A stretch of DNA of 64,000 nt from positions 3,200,001-3,264,000 of the forward strand of contig OY771587.1 in NCBI GenBank assembly GCA_963674825.1, read 5' to 3'. Made by a program: the position numbers and the translations under genes. Position 1 is the stretch's first letter; the number at the start of each line of letters is the position of its first letter. Shown one piece after another: positions 20,209 through 30,160 of the stretch. The notes under the pieces were generated by a model, which had not been told where the DNA came from, did not search any database, and saw only the letters and a program-made list of their open reading frames with translations. This DNA is from Candidatus Cloacimonadales bacterium. GTDB taxonomy: Bacteria; Cloacimonadota; Cloacimonadia; Cloacimonadales; JAIOQZ01.

Positions 20209-21213
20209 TTACCGTACGCCAACCGCTTTGCGAAGCTTCTCCAGCTTTCGGATAGCGCGTGGGCGTACCCGTTCGGAGCCTTCGTCGAGGATTCGGTCGA
20301 TCTCCTTCGGATTCTTCATCAATTCGTCGTATTTCTCACGCATAGGTTTGATCACTTCGTTCATCTTCTCGTAGAGCGCGCCTTTGGCATCTCCCCATCC
20401 CATTCCGCCGGCCTGGTAGCGTTCGCGCATGATTTTCTGCTCATCTTCGTTCGCGAAGAGCTTGTAAAGCGCGAAGACGTTGCACTGATCCGGGTCTTTG
20501 GGTTCATCGACCGTCTGTGAGTTGGTCACGATGCGCATGATGGTCTTGCGGAGCTGATTCTCCGGGAGAAACATGGGGATGGTGTTGTTGTAGCTCTTGC
20601 TCATCTTACGTCCGTCCAGGCCCTGCACAAGCTTGGTTTCCGTCCGGATGAGCGGTTCCGGAATGCGGAAGAGCTCCTTGCCGTAGATGTAGTTGATGGA
20701 CTGCGCGATATCGACAGCCATCTCCACATGCTGCTGCTGATCTTGCCCGACAGGTACGAAGTCCGCATCGAAGAGCAAAATATCGGCCGCCATCAGGATG
20801 GGGTAGGTGAAGAGTCCCATGTTGACGCCGTCATCAGGCTCTCTGCCCATTTCTTCATTACGCTGAAGCATGGCCTTGTAGGCGTGGGCTCTGTTCATGA
20901 GGCCCTTGGGCGCGAAGCAGGAGAGGAGCACGGTGAGTTCGAACGTCTCTGGTACCGAGGACTGTCGGTAGATGTTGACCTTCTCGGGATCCAGGCCGCA
21001 AGCCAGCCATGCTGCCGCGATTTCACGACTCCATTGACGGAGTTCCTTGGGATCGCGGATGGTGTTCAGGCTGTGGTAGTCTGCGATGAAGTAGTATGCG
21101 AAATAGTCTTCCGCTAACTTCAATCCGGGCTGAATTGCGCCGAAGTAGTTCCCCAGGTGGAGCGAACCGGTCGGCTTGATTCCGGTCAACGATACTTTTT
21201 TATGTTCACTCAC
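20209..21213 (-). CDS. trpS: Tryptophanyl-tRNA synthetase
   Basis: TGIKPTG.LHLGNY, YPILMAADIL, VPVGQDQ and KMSKS motifs. Confidence 0.97.
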   Translation of the reverse strand: MSEHKKVSLTGIKPTGSLHLGNYFGAIQPGLKLAEDYFAYYFIADYHSLNTIRDPKELRQWSREIAAAWLACGLDPEKVNIYRQSSVPETFELTVLLSCFAPKGLMNRAHAYKAMLQRNEEMGREPDDGVNMGLFTYPILMAADILLFDADFVPVGQDQQQHVEMAVDIAQSINYIYGKELFRIPEPLIRTETKLVQGLDGRKMSKSYNNTIPMFLPENQLRKTIMRIVTNSQTVDEPKDPDQCNVFALYKLFANEDEQKIMRERYQAGGMGWGDAKGALYEKMNEVIKPMREKYDELMKNPKEIDRILDEGSERVRPRAIRKLEKLRKAVGVR

Positions 21214-21242
21214 GTGTAATCTCCTTTATCTGTGTCGAGCTA

Positions 21243-21548
21243 TCAATAGCTATCGCCGTGTTCTTCAAGCCATTCTTCCGAATAGGCGCTGCGGAACTTT
21301 CGTTCGAAAAGCTGTTTCAGCTCACGAGCCGCGGTCTCTTCGTCCGGCCCCTCGACGATCATTTCAATCTCGGTGCCGCACTCGGCTGCCAGCATCATCA
21401 ATCCCATGATGCTCTTACAGTTAACCTCCATGTCGTCCTTGCGAAGCGTGATCTCCGACTGGTAATGGGTCGCGGTCTGCGCGAGGCAGGACGATGGTCG
21501 AGCGTGTAAGCCATATTTGTTGAGAACGGTGACTTTCTGTATTATCAT
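21243..21548 (-). CDS. ptsH: HPr family phosphocarrier protein
   Basis: GLHARP and KSIMGLM motifs; start placed at MIIQKV to fit HPr length. Confidence 0.92.
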   Translation of the reverse strand: MIIQKVTVLNKYGLHARPSSCLAQTATHYQSEITLRKDDMEVNCKSIMGLMMLAAECGTEIEMIVEGPDEETAARELKQLFERKFRSAYSEEWLEEHGDSY

Positions 21549-21682
21549 AAGCAACCATCCGTTTTTAGCGTTCATTTTCAACAGATGAACCCGTTTCTTG
21601 TCAATAGCAAACTTGTGCTTATTTATATCCATAGTATCCGGAGAGTCTGGTTTTGTGTCCCTGTCTATGCATTTTCACTGTG

Positions 21683-21821
21683 TGTCCTTCGACTGCGCTC
21701 TGGATGACACGGGAAAAATGACACGATGTCATAAGCTTTGCTTAGGTCGAACGATTGATAATCACGATTAAATCAGCAGCATGAAATATAATGATGTCAT
21801 CCTGAGCGGAGTCGAAGGACA
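21683..21821. repeat. REP-like inverted pair (TGTCATCCTGAGCGGAGTCGAAGGACA type)
   Basis: 21683-21709 and 21795-21821 are 27-bp inverted repeats matching at 25/27. Confidence 0.85.
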
Positions 21822-21867
21822 ACCATTAGTTTGCACTGCTAAATACGATGAAGCTGCAAGACAACGA

Positions 21868-23868
21868 TTACAACAATCCCCAGCGTTTTCTCAGCAGCAG
21901 TTCCAGTCCGTAGCACAATAGGAAAATCGCCAGTAGCCAGTATTTGCGATAGAGCGCGATCTCGCGGAATGTCTCGAACGCGATGGGCGATTGTTTCACT
22001 GGTGCAAAGGATTCGGAGACGACACTACCAGCGGTCTCACCGGCGAGGAAACGCAAGAGCGGCTCGTTGATTCCACGGTCGGCTGCCTCGGCATTATACG
22101 TGGTTACCTGGAAACGGCCTTCTGTCTTTTGAGCGGTTTTGTTATCCTGGATGTAAAATGTGTATTTTCCGGGTTTCTCCGGGGTAAAGCTACAGCGATA
22201 ACCTTCGTCGTCGGCCTTCAGGTAATCTTTATAAGCCGTGTTCTGTTCGCTGTCGGTAATCTTCACCGATGGATTGAGGTTGGTCTGATGCCGCATGGTT
22301 TCGTCGAGCGCGAAGAGCCTGATGTTGACGGTTTCGCCCATGGAAACGACCTGCTCTTCCGCATAAGCCTGAAACCTGTCTTTCGCCAGTGCGGTAAGCC
22401 AGGAGACTACGTCACCGATAAAGACGCGGTAGGGATTGTCACCGGCCCACATCTGCCATTTCCAGAGGTTGAGGAAGCTGAAATAGAGGACCTTTCCCTG
22501 CCCGAACTGGTGGTAGAGGATCGCCGGACTGCGCTGCTCGTTAGCAACGGTTGCCAGATGGCGTGCATCGGCAGTCGGGTTGACGTACAGGTAATCGATG
22601 GGCGGGATAGAGCTTGCGTCGCGGTTGGCGAAGGTTTCGAACTGGTTCGCCTCATCCGTGAACAGGATGGAGCCTTCGAAACTTTTACGGATGTTTGAGC
22701 TTTTCGCGGGGAGAATCTCTTCCAGGATTGGATAGCCCATTGCCCAGAGTCCGCTTCCACTCTGTACGGATTGCTTGATGTGATCCTCGAACGGCTTGGG
22801 AATTCGCAGGTTACCGTGGTTGATCACGATAACAAGGTGGAAATGAAGGTCTTTGAGCTGGTTGCTGTTCAGCTTGGTCTGCTTACGATAAAAAGCACCT
22901 TTCTGGTAGTGGAGAATATCCAGATTCCAGTTGCGATCGAGCTGAAGTGCGTCCTTTAGGAAACGTGTATCCCAGCCAGGGCTGTCGGTCAGGACTACGA
23001 TGTCTTTCTTCTTCGAAGTGACACTGACGCCGGTGGGTTTGCGGTTGTTGCCTGCGTTCGATTCTATCAGATCGGTTCCGATCGGCTCGATGCTAATCTC
23101 TATCAGGTGCAGGCCTTCTTGCTGAAACCGATACTCGAACATCTCCTCCTGATAGGGGCTATCCTTGAAAGATACCGTCTTCTGCGCGACGGCTTTCTTG
23201 TCGATCATGAGCGTAATCTGCGCTTCTCCGTCGTACTCACGAGCAGCGGCTTCCACCGCGATGGGTGTATCTTCGTCGGTGAAGGCGTTGCGGTTGGCTA
23301 CGACGCTGGTGATTTCCAGATCGAATTCTCTTTCTTCGATTGCGGGAACAATCACGTCCACGGGAATGCCGAGCTTGCGCACGAAATCGAGGTTGTCGTC
23401 TTGCAACCACCCATCACTGACAAGCAGAAGGCGATTCACGTTGTCCAGCTTCTGTTTCTTTGCGAGTTGTTCCAGCGCGGGTTGAAGTCGAGTCGATTGC
23501 AGTGCGAGCGAGTCGTTTCGTTCGATCAGGCCACTTGCGAAACCGTATTCGTCGAGCTCATAGCCGGATTTCTTATAGCCGTTTCTTGCGGCTTCTGCTT
23601 GCTGGGCAAAGTAGTCGGCTTTGGTCTTCCCCGAAAGCTTTTGCTGCATGCTTAAAGAGCGATCTTCGAGCACAACCACTACCGGATCGAGCATCGTTCG
23701 CTGGATATAGCGCAATACGGGATTGAGCAGGTAAATCAGGATGATAACCGCTGCTGCGGAACGCAGGATGATGAGCGTGTAGCGTTTACCGGATTCAATT
23801 TCCGGTATAGTCTTTCGGTAGTACAGGAAGATACCGACGATAAACAGGATAGAGAGAATATAGATCAT
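21868..23868 (-). CDS. Membrane-anchored VWA-like / Ig / glutamine-amidotransferase-like domain protein
   Basis: N-terminal TMs with LR...L.P; DRSLSM and VSDG MIDAS-like motifs; C-terminal E.LLRKRWGLL. Confidence 0.65.
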   Translation of the reverse strand: MIYILSILFIVGIFLYYRKTIPEIESGKRYTLIILRSAAAVIILIYLLNPVLRYIQRTMLDPVVVVLEDRSLSMQQKLSGKTKADYFAQQAEAARNGYKKSGYELDEYGFASGLIERNDSLALQSTRLQPALEQLAKKQKLDNVNRLLLVSDGWLQDDNLDFVRKLGIPVDVIVPAIEEREFDLEITSVVANRNAFTDEDTPIAVEAAAREYDGEAQITLMIDKKAVAQKTVSFKDSPYQEEMFEYRFQQEGLHLIEISIEPIGTDLIESNAGNNRKPTGVSVTSKKKDIVVLTDSPGWDTRFLKDALQLDRNWNLDILHYQKGAFYRKQTKLNSNQLKDLHFHLVIVINHGNLRIPKPFEDHIKQSVQSGSGLWAMGYPILEEILPAKSSNIRKSFEGSILFTDEANQFETFANRDASSIPPIDYLYVNPTADARHLATVANEQRSPAILYHQFGQGKVLYFSFLNLWKWQMWAGDNPYRVFIGDVVSWLTALAKDRFQAYAEEQVVSMGETVNIRLFALDETMRHQTNLNPSVKITDSEQNTAYKDYLKADDEGYRCSFTPEKPGKYTFYIQDNKTAQKTEGRFQVTTYNAEAADRGINEPLLRFLAGETAGSVVSESFAPVKQSPIAFETFREIALYRKYWLLAIFLLCYGLELLLRKRWGLL

Positions 23869-23884
23869 GTAGCGCTCTTATTAA

Positions 23885-25156
23885 TCAGTATTTCAGCCTC
23901 AGTTGCAGTGAATAGCCGGTTCCCGTTTCTTCTCCGGTAGGGAATATCTGTTCGTAGGTTTGGATGGCGTAATCGATCTCGACTTTCTCGTTTCGATATC
24001 CGATGCCATAGGTTATAGCGTACGTATCCTGTCCCGTGTCGAATGATGTTCCCAGGCGGAAGGGGAACATGTCTGCAATCAAATATTCGCCGGCGAAGGA
24101 AATCATGGGTTTATTGGATGCAATGACCGATTCTTTCGCGGCTTGTCGCCAGTCCAGCGAGACGGAAAGATCATCCCAGGTATAGCACGCGCCGAGATTG
24201 AAGATCAACGGCAGTTCTGTGGTGAATGTATCACCGTCTTTGGTGGTTTCGGTGTTCTCGATTGTGTCCGAATCGGCTTCGCTGATGTTGACCGAGTCTG
24301 CTTTGATGCTGTAGTATTTTTCTTTGGTGGTCGCGCCCCAGGTGATGAATCCCGGAAGGTTATCGAGTGTGAGGCCGACAGAAAGGTTTTCGTAGAGGTC
24401 TTCCACGGTTACGCCAATCAGGGCTTTTGCGCCAATACCACCGGTTCCATATCGGAAACGAATAGTCTGGTCGAGTTCAAGCGCGGTGCTGTCCGCAGCG
24501 AAATTTCCCTCAAACTCCTTCATCTCGGCAACTGCAGCGCCAAACAACGCGCTTACGGCGAATCCGACGTAGATTTTCGGAAGTTCGATATCGAAATGCC
24601 GGTCCATGAACTCATGTACTGGATATCCACCGTAGGCGATGGTGAGATCGCCATAGCCGATGAGGTTGAGGTCGTTGTTGTCCTTGGAAAAATGGTAGTC
24701 ATCGCCGTAGTCGTTACCGGTCAGAAGCAGATCGAAGTATTCTTTCGATATCTTCGCGTTACCATAAACGTGCGTTCCGACAGAGTAGGCGTTTCGTCCC
24801 TTCGACCACGAGACAATCATCATGTGAAACTCACCGTTGGCATCGAAGTAGTTACCGTCGATTGCGTTCAGGATTTCTTCACGGGTTTCCATGGAAAGGC
24901 TGTCGCCGGAGATTTTATTGTACAGGTCAACGTCGAGCGTGTTATTCCAGAAATTCCCCTGTGTGCTGAGTAGAATCAGGTCGCCGCCTTCGCTTGGGTT
25001 GGTATAGAGACGCGCGGGGTTCCAGTAAACTGCGTTTGCCCCTTCACTTCTCTGAAGGTAACTGCCTGAATATAAAGCGGATGCGGGAGATGTCGTGTTG
25101 GCGTGGATGGCGGTAATGAGTGTCATGCATGCGATGAAGAATAATATCCGTTTCAT
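23885..25156 (-). CDS. Putative outer-membrane beta-barrel (DUF5723/TraF-like)
   Basis: Signal peptide; G.NAVYWNPA.L plug motif; alternating beta-strands; terminal aromatic residue (LRLKY). Confidence 0.6.
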   Translation of the reverse strand: MKRILFFIACMTLITAIHANTTSPASALYSGSYLQRSEGANAVYWNPARLYTNPSEGGDLILLSTQGNFWNNTLDVDLYNKISGDSLSMETREEILNAIDGNYFDANGEFHMMIVSWSKGRNAYSVGTHVYGNAKISKEYFDLLLTGNDYGDDYHFSKDNNDLNLIGYGDLTIAYGGYPVHEFMDRHFDIELPKIYVGFAVSALFGAAVAEMKEFEGNFAADSTALELDQTIRFRYGTGGIGAKALIGVTVEDLYENLSVGLTLDNLPGFITWGATTKEKYYSIKADSVNISEADSDTIENTETTKDGDTFTTELPLIFNLGACYTWDDLSVSLDWRQAAKESVIASNKPMISFAGEYLIADMFPFRLGTSFDTGQDTYAITYGIGYRNEKVEIDYAIQTYEQIFPTGEETGTGYSLQLRLKY

Positions 25157-25157
25157 A

Positions 25158-26714
25158 TCAGTCTCCAAAGTGTAGTACGATGTTCAAATCGCCGTCCAGC
25201 CTCAGGAAGTCCTCCGGCTTGACATAGATGGTTTCACCCTCAGTGCTGTCGAAGAGGAACTCGATCCCGAGGTAATATTTCTCGTTGGTGAAGAAGCGAA
25301 CGTCCTCTTCACTCAGATTGAATGTGAATGTTTTGGTCGAAGTAGCCGGGGTGTAGGTGTCCTCACCCTCTCGAGGCATTAGCAGGTTCCATTGACTGAA
25401 CACGGAATCTGGTTCATGGAAAAGCGTATCGGGATGTTCGATCGTGCTGAAGTAGAGGTACGCATGGGCCGCTGTGGGCGTAGTGTTTTCGACGATCAGA
25501 TCGATCGTTGCGCTGGTCGCGAATTCGCGGATGCGGTCTCTAACTTCATCCGAGAGCTCCGTGACATAGGTGGTGTCGTTTCGGATAATACCTTCTTCTA
25601 GCTGGAACAGGAACGGAACGCGTCCCTGGAATGTACCATGCGCGTAGTCCTCGGCATAGACGAATCCTCTTTCTTCCTGCGTCAATCCAACCGCAAAGTA
25701 GGCGTCGGTAAACTCGATATGACTTGGGAAGATATTCAGTAGATAAGCGACAGAATCCGAAAGGACTTGTGTGGTTGAAACTGGTTCGCCGTGGATAGTT
25801 GCCGGTTCAAAGGTAAGGTTGTCAAGCTCATCCACATAGATGGTTCTGGTTTCACCCATGTCGTTGTAGGCTGTCATTTTGCCCCGGATTCCAACTTTGA
25901 ACCCAAGATAGTTATCGATATCGAAGATCATCCTTGCATTGGTTATTATGAGGGTAGAATCGAGATTATCAGGATATTCAATATGCATATCTTCTATCTC
26001 GCTTTCGATGTTCATGCGCCTATTGTAAACGGTTCCATACATTCCCTGTAAAAAGAGCGGATCGACAAAAAATACTTTCGTCTGGCACACCTGTTCGACG
26101 ATATCCGAGTCGATCTCCGGTGTGACGGTAAATCGCAGGCTGTCCAGCAGGGTAGGATTACTTGGTGTTCCGATAGTGAAAAACTCGTAGTGATCGAGGT
26201 CACCGTCTAACGATGTCGCAGTGGTGTCTGTGAAGTCGGTTACTACAATCTGAAGCGGTTCGCCTTCGGGTGTGTAGATTTCGTCGAAATCGAGCGTGAG
26301 TGATTCGAGATCCGGATGAGGATTACGAACCTCGACCAGGATCGTCCATTCCTTGACCATGCCGTAGCTGATCGAGACGTCTTCAATAGTCTCAACAACC
26401 AGGCTCAACGGCAGGTAGTCTGTATTTTCAACATTCGATCGGACATTGAACCAGTCGAAGAGCGATGGATGTGCGTTGATGCTCATCAGTGAATCGACCT
26501 GATAGCTGCTGATATTTCCATTCTGAATGTAGAAGATGCTGTCGTTCTCGACAATGAAATCGGTGGAGTCTTCCAGATCGTAGATGTAATAATGCTTGTC
26601 GATCAGTGGAAGCTTGAACGTCGTGTCGAACTCGGGTGCTTGTGGCGGTTTTATACAACCTATTACAATAAGCGTGATTCCGAGCGCGAATACGAACAGA
26701 CGCAATCCTTTCAT
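25158..26714 (-). CDS. Hypothetical acidic beta-rich lipoprotein
   Basis: Lipobox-like IVIGC; 518-aa ORF coupled to the downstream barrel gene. Confidence 0.6.
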   Translation of the reverse strand: MKGLRLFVFALGITLIVIGCIKPPQAPEFDTTFKLPLIDKHYYIYDLEDSTDFIVENDSIFYIQNGNISSYQVDSLMSINAHPSLFDWFNVRSNVENTDYLPLSLVVETIEDVSISYGMVKEWTILVEVRNPHPDLESLTLDFDEIYTPEGEPLQIVVTDFTDTTATSLDGDLDHYEFFTIGTPSNPTLLDSLRFTVTPEIDSDIVEQVCQTKVFFVDPLFLQGMYGTVYNRRMNIESEIEDMHIEYPDNLDSTLIITNARMIFDIDNYLGFKVGIRGKMTAYNDMGETRTIYVDELDNLTFEPATIHGEPVSTTQVLSDSVAYLLNIFPSHIEFTDAYFAVGLTQEERGFVYAEDYAHGTFQGRVPFLFQLEEGIIRNDTTYVTELSDEVRDRIREFATSATIDLIVENTTPTAAHAYLYFSTIEHPDTLFHEPDSVFSQWNLLMPREGEDTYTPATSTKTFTFNLSEEDVRFFTNEKYYLGIEFLFDSTEGETIYVKPEDFLRLDGDLNIVLHFGD

Positions 26715-26735
26715 AACCTTGATCCTCTGCTTGGT

Positions 26736-27716
26736 TTACCAGTGAGTTTCGGGAATGATTTTTCGAATCTCAATCATGCCTTTTGGAAGCGATTTGTCAA
26801 TAACAATCGGAATTCTTGTCAGATTCCATTTTTGCTTCAACAACTTCAAGCCTCGTCGTTCGAATCCCAGGAACAGGGAGACGTCTCGATCCGAGATGCA
26901 CAATGTGCCATTGAGTTTATCCGGAAGCGATCCGATGCGTACTTCTGAAAGCACCAACTCGCCGAATGCCGGGTGCCAAGGTCCTGCGATGATGGCATCT
27001 TTATCGAGATCTCCATGCAGACCGACCTTGATGACTTGAATGCCGTTCTGCTCTAATCGCAGCCACGCACCGGCGCAGCGCTTTATTGCTTCGTCGATTG
27101 AAAGCGGCGTGAATTCGCTTCTACGATAAAGAATGGCAAGAGGGGTGCCTTCGAGAACAATGCAAGGATAGATGCGTGTGAAATCAGGCTTGATCTCAAT
27201 GGTGGTATCGATCGATTTTTTCCATGTGGAAGTGCTATCGCCGGGTAATCCTGGAAGGAGTTGGATGCATAATCTGAAATCATGTTCCTTAATGCGCTTG
27301 CAGGTATCGATTGCCGTTGCTGCGTTATAACCGCGCCGTGAAGCCAGTAGGACAGTATCTTCAAAACTCTGGACACCGAGCTCAATGGTGGTGACACCAC
27401 GTTCTTTGAACATGCTGAGTTGCTTTTCGGTGAGGCAGTCGGGTCGTGTTGAAAATCGTATCCCGTTGAGTTCTGGAGAAAATGATTCTCCGAATTGGAG
27501 CCACGCTTCGATCTCGTCATCAGGGAGTGCGCTGAAGGTACCGCCGTAAAAGGCGATTTCGAGTTCCTCGCCAGTATTCTTGGCAATGAAGCGTTTTACA
27601 TCTGCACGCAATTGCACCATATCATGTGTTTCAATGGACGAAAAGGTATTCTGATTGCAGTAGATGCATTGAAAGGGGCAGCCTCGATGTGGGATGAAGA
27701 TAGGGAAGAGCTTCAT
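26736..27716 (-). CDS. Radical SAM protein (Elp3/YhcC-like)
   Basis: PIFIPH.GCPFQCIYCNQ (CxxxCxxC), FYGGTF, STRPD, ELGVQS and GPWHPAFGE motifs; ATGA overlap with the rnc stop. Confidence 0.9.
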   Translation of the reverse strand: MKLFPIFIPHRGCPFQCIYCNQNTFSSIETHDMVQLRADVKRFIAKNTGEELEIAFYGGTFSALPDDEIEAWLQFGESFSPELNGIRFSTRPDCLTEKQLSMFKERGVTTIELGVQSFEDTVLLASRRGYNAATAIDTCKRIKEHDFRLCIQLLPGLPGDSTSTWKKSIDTTIEIKPDFTRIYPCIVLEGTPLAILYRRSEFTPLSIDEAIKRCAGAWLRLEQNGIQVIKVGLHGDLDKDAIIAGPWHPAFGELVLSEVRIGSLPDKLNGTLCISDRDVSLFLGFERRGLKLLKQKWNLTRIPIVIDKSLPKGMIEIRKIIPETHW

Positions 27717-28486
27717 AGCCCGAGTTTGCCGCATGCGATACGGGCGGCGTCTTGCTCGGCTTGCTTCTTCGATTTTCCGGTACCTGTTCCCAGAACCTGG
27801 TTTTGAATCGAGACTGTAACGGTGAAGGTCTTCTGGTGATCGGGACCTTCTTCGTGGATGACGTTGTAATCCGGTGGTTTCTGGTATTTCGCCTGAGAAT
27901 ATTCCTGAAGGATGCTCTTGAAGTTCATCAGCGCTTCGCTCTGGATCTCCTCTTCGAAATTCTTCAGGATGTGCCTGTGAATGAAGCTCCGAATGCGAGG
28001 CATGCCGGAATCAAGGTAAATCGCACAGATAAGCGCTTCCATCGCATCGGAAAGGATCGATTTCCGCTTACGTCCTCCAGAGCGGTCTTCCTCAGCGCTT
28101 ACAAGCAAGAATCTGCCCAGCTCAATGCGTTCAGCGACCAGTGCCAGATACTTTTCGGAAACCAGCTTCGATTTCATCTTGGACATCATACCTTCCGGCT
28201 GATCGGGGTAGCGGATGAAGAGCTCTTCCGCAACGATCAGACCCAGGATTGAGTCTCCCAGGAATTCCATGCGCTCGAACGCGGAAACCGTCTGATGTTC
28301 GCCGGTGACGCGATTGAGGTAGGATGCATGCATAAACGCTGCCTGAAGCAGCTCGATGTTTTTGAAACGATATCCGATAATCTGTTCGAATTCGGGAACC
28401 ATTTTCTTCCATTCCGGATTGTTGATAATTTTATCGTCCAGCCGGTGTGAGAAGAAATCGAGGATGGATGTCAGTAGCTTTTTCAC
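27713..28486 (-). CDS. rnc: Ribonuclease III
   Basis: ERMEFLGDSIL signature, DAMEALI, C-terminal dsRBD (G.SKKQAEQ.AA). Confidence 0.96.
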   Translation of the reverse strand: MKKLLTSILDFFSHRLDDKIINNPEWKKMVPEFEQIIGYRFKNIELLQAAFMHASYLNRVTGEHQTVSAFERMEFLGDSILGLIVAEELFIRYPDQPEGMMSKMKSKLVSEKYLALVAERIELGRFLLVSAEEDRSGGRKRKSILSDAMEALICAIYLDSGMPRIRSFIHRHILKNFEEEIQSEALMNFKSILQEYSQAKYQKPPDYNVIHEEGPDHQKTFTVTVSIQNQVLGTGTGKSKKQAEQDAARIACGKLGL

Positions 28487-28556
28487 AATTACTCTAATCG
28501 GTCATCGATTGACCAATCAGATGACTGATCAATCGAATCCCATAATAGTTTATTGG

Positions 28557-29798
28557 TTACTTGTTGAATTTCCTGAAAACGACCACACCGTTATGGCCAC
28601 CGAATCCGAGCGAGTTGCTGACGGCGATATTGACGTCGTGCTTGATCGCTCCGCCTGTCACGTAGTCCAGATCGCAATCGGGATCGGGGTTGAAGTGGTT
28701 GATCGTCGGGTGAATGATACCGTCATTGATTGTCTTACAGCAAACGATACCTTCGATCGCCGCGGCAGCACCGAGGGTGTGACCGACCATCGATTTGGTC
28801 GAGCTGATCTTGAGCTGGTAGGCATGTTCACCGAACACGGTCTTGTAGCTGGCGGTTTCATTTTTATCGTTGAGCGGTGTCGATGTGCCATGAGCGTTCA
28901 TGTAATCGACTTCATGCGGCTGGATGTTTGCATCCTTGAGCGCGGCTTTGATAGCTCGTGCACCACCTTCGCCCTGCTCCGCCGGAGCGGTGATGTGGTA
29001 TGCGTCGCATGTCGCGCCGTAGCCGACGATCTCAGCATAGATTTTCGCACCGCGAGCCAGCGCGTGTTCCAGTTCTTCGAGAACCAGAATACCAGCGCCT
29101 TCCGCCATGATGAATCCATCGCGTTCTTTGTCGAACGGACGGCAAGCGGTTGTCGGGTCGTCGTTGCGTGTGCTCAGCGCTTTCATGGAGCAGAAGCCGG
29201 CGACTGCGAGTCGTGTGACCGCAGCTTCGGTTCCACCGCTGAGGATGATGTCTGCATCACCGTACTGGATTGCACGGAATGCCGTACCAAGTGCGTGATT
29301 CGCGGAAGCACAGGCGGAAGTCGTGGTAAAGTTGATTCCGCGCAGATTGTGCTCGATGGCGATGTGCGCACCGGCAATATTGGAGATCATCTTGGGGATA
29401 AAGAACGGGCTGATTCGTTTGGGGCCTTTTTCGAAAAGCTTGAAGGCTTCTTCTTCAAAGGTTGCCATTCCGCCGATTCCAGCACCAATGATAACGCCGA
29501 TCCGTTCACGATCCATCTCGTGATCGGTCAGGCCAGCATCGATCATCGCCTGACGGGCCGTGATGATTCCATATTGAGTATATAAATCGAGTTTTTTTAC
29601 TTCTTTACGATCGAAGTGATCTTCAGCATTGTAATCTCTTACTTCGCCTGCGATCTGGCTTGCCAGTTCACTGGCGTCGAAGCTCTGGATGGTACGTACG
29701 CCACTTACACCGGCTTGCAGGCTTTTCCAGGTCTCGTCAGCATTCGAACCAACAGCATTGATCGTACCGAAACCGGTAACAACCACTCTCCTTCTCAT
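28557..29798 (-). CDS. fabF: 3-oxoacyl-ACP synthase II
   Basis: RRVVVTG, SACAS, NAHGTST, KSMVGH and NSLGFGGHN motifs. Confidence 0.97.
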   Translation of the reverse strand: MRRRVVVTGFGTINAVGSNADETWKSLQAGVSGVRTIQSFDASELASQIAGEVRDYNAEDHFDRKEVKKLDLYTQYGIITARQAMIDAGLTDHEMDRERIGVIIGAGIGGMATFEEEAFKLFEKGPKRISPFFIPKMISNIAGAHIAIEHNLRGINFTTTSACASANHALGTAFRAIQYGDADIILSGGTEAAVTRLAVAGFCSMKALSTRNDDPTTACRPFDKERDGFIMAEGAGILVLEELEHALARGAKIYAEIVGYGATCDAYHITAPAEQGEGGARAIKAALKDANIQPHEVDYMNAHGTSTPLNDKNETASYKTVFGEHAYQLKISSTKSMVGHTLGAAAAIEGIVCCKTINDGIIHPTINHFNPDPDCDLDYVTGGAIKHDVNIAVSNSLGFGGHNGVVVFRKFNK

Positions 29799-29867
29799 AG
29801 GTAACCTCTCATTTCTGATTTGAATTGTAGCAGGCAATAATGGATGCGTCTCATGTGAGAAATGAAA

Positions 29868-29895
29868 GAATCGCCCGGTTTACACCGGGCAATTC
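29868..29895 (-). terminator. Intrinsic terminator/attenuator after acpP
   Basis: Minus strand GAATTGCCCGGT-GTAA-ACCGGGCGATTC followed by TTTCATTT. Confidence 0.7.
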
Positions 29896-29906
29896 CTTTT
29901 CCAACC

Positions 29907-30140
29907 TTACTTGACTTTCTCTTTGAGGTAGGTGATTGCTTTGCCTACGGTGTCGAGCTTCTCAGCGTCTTCGTCCGGAATATCAAGGTCGAATTCTTCT
30001 TCGAATTTCATGATGAGTTCGACTGTGTCCAGAGAATCTGCACCAAGATCCTCGATGAAATGCGCGTTATCGGTAACTTCGCTGGCGTTGACGTCCAGTT
30101 CTTCTACGATAATTTCTTTTACGCGTGCTGCAATATCCAT
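29907..30140 (-). CDS. acpP: Acyl carrier protein
   Basis: [12 protein letters not shown] motif. Confidence 0.98.
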   Translation of the reverse strand: MDIAARVKEIIVEELDVNASEVTDNAHFIEDLGADSLDTVELIMKFEEEFDLDIPDEDAEKLDTVGKAITYLKEKVK

Positions 30141-30160
30141 TGTATTACCTCCTGTTGGAT

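Noticed and set aside
28356..29585. 409-aa plus-strand ORF
   Set aside because: Antisense shadow of the conserved fabF gene, with no recognisable motifs.
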